Of a stretch of 64,000 nt of DNA, positions 63,410-64,000 are shown piece after piece. Position numbers and translations under genes: made by a program. The notes under the pieces were generated by a model. The model saw only the letters and a list, made by a program, of their open reading frames with translations, ran no database searches and had not been told where the DNA came from. The stretch covers positions 96,309-160,308 of the IMG/VR virus record IMGVR_UViG_3300045988_159943; one strand, written 5' to 3'. Source of the stretch: a virus. Each line of letters starts with the position of its first letter. The stretch's first letter is position 1.

Positions 63410-63655
63410 ATGAAACATATTATTGAAATTGAAGAAACTGTAAAAATACATCATCAGATCATTGTAGATATTGATGACGAGCAGCAAATTAATAGCGTTA
63501 GATATAATGCTGATGATTATTGTACTAGTTTAGATGATTTTGTCGATTCAATTGCAGATATTATTCCTGTGCTTGAAGTTAATGAGGAGTATTATAGTGA
63601 AACGGACAGTATAGAATATTTTGATGATTATGAGTACGAAGGTGATGAGAATTGA
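63410..63655 (+). CDS. hypothetical acidic protein (81 aa)
   Basis: ORF track. Confidence 0.45.
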   Translation: MKHIIEIEETVKIHHQIIVDIDDEQQINSVRYNADDYCTSLDDFVDSIADIIPVLEVNEEYYSETDSIEYFDDYEYEGDEN

Positions 63656-64000
63656 ACTATAAACTAATTGAAGGAAGCTTAAACGACACTTCAAAACCTA
63701 TAGAAACTGTTTTGCGGAATAGAGGTATTGAAGAATATGAGCATTATTTAAGCCTATCAGAAGATGATATCGAATCATGGGAAGACTTAGATAATATCAA
63801 TAATGCCATAGAATGTTTTGCAAAACATTTTGATAACTTTGATACGATTGCTATTCTTAGTGATTGTGATGCAGATGGAGTCTGTAGTTCAGTAATTATG
63901 TGGCAGTATATCAAAGCTATGCGAAAGGACTATCCAGTATTTTTGGTGCTTCATGAGAACAACAAGGCACACGGCCTAAGTTCTTGGGATTTTGACCTTC
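63652..64000 (+). CDS. RecJ-like DHH-family phosphoesterase / ssDNA exonuclease, N-terminal part (TTG start; continues past window end)
   Basis: Hand-translated open frame LNYKLIEGSLNDTSKPIETVLRNRGIEEYEHYLSLSEDDIESWEDLDNINNAIECFAKHFDNFDTIAILSDCDADGVCSSVIMWQY... with DHH motif I-II pattern (IAILSDCDADG); RBS GAAGGTGATG before TTG overlapping upstream stop. Confidence 0.55.
   Translation, partial: MNYKLIEGSLNDTSKPIETVLRNRGIEEYEHYLSLSEDDIESWEDLDNINNAIECFAKHFDNFDTIAILSDCDADGVCSSVIMWQYIKAMRKDYPVFLVLHENNKAHGLSSWDFDL

Noticed and set aside
1-64000. CRISPR arrays, rRNA genes, transposase/IS elements
   Set aside because: No regularly spaced repeat-spacer array, no rRNA-like conserved stretches and no DDE/transposase motifs were seen; the short tandem repeats at 5738-5850 are iterons, not CRISPR.

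Overview
AT-rich (~33% GC) segment of a large tailed-phage or prophage-like genome. A sigma70-type TTGACA/TATAAT promoter consensus and a SleB-type cell-wall hydrolase gene suggest a Firmicutes-like host, but the host is not established. Positions 1..5490 carry genes on the minus strand, including the 5' end of a DxDGD-motif (YonO-like) single-subunit RNA polymerase gene. An iteron/AT-rich origin-like region and a ~650-nt ORF-free, hairpin-dense GC-rich island (candidate large ncRNA) follow. Everything downstream is a long plus-strand array of >100 small genes, punctuated about 20 times by a conserved 17-nt motif ACAGTACAAAATTATTG. Recognisable genes: C5 DNA methyltransferase, tyrosine integrase, SSB-like, RecA-like ATPase, DnaB-like helicase, SPFH/band-7 protein, lambda-type phosphatase, two cytidine/dCMP deaminase-fold proteins, SleB-like hydrolase, an 18-tRNA array with two HNH-type homing endonucleases, cysteine desulfurase, DnaG-like primase, radical-SAM and HD proteins, an RNA-repair-like trio (RNA ligase, pol-beta nucleotidyltransferase, P-loop kinase-HD phosphoesterase), a 798-aa Major-Vault-Protein homolog, and a RecJ-like DHH nuclease at the window end. 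A 7.6-11.6 kb subsection has markedly higher GC and lacks the motif (likely acquired cassette). No CRISPR array or rRNA seen.
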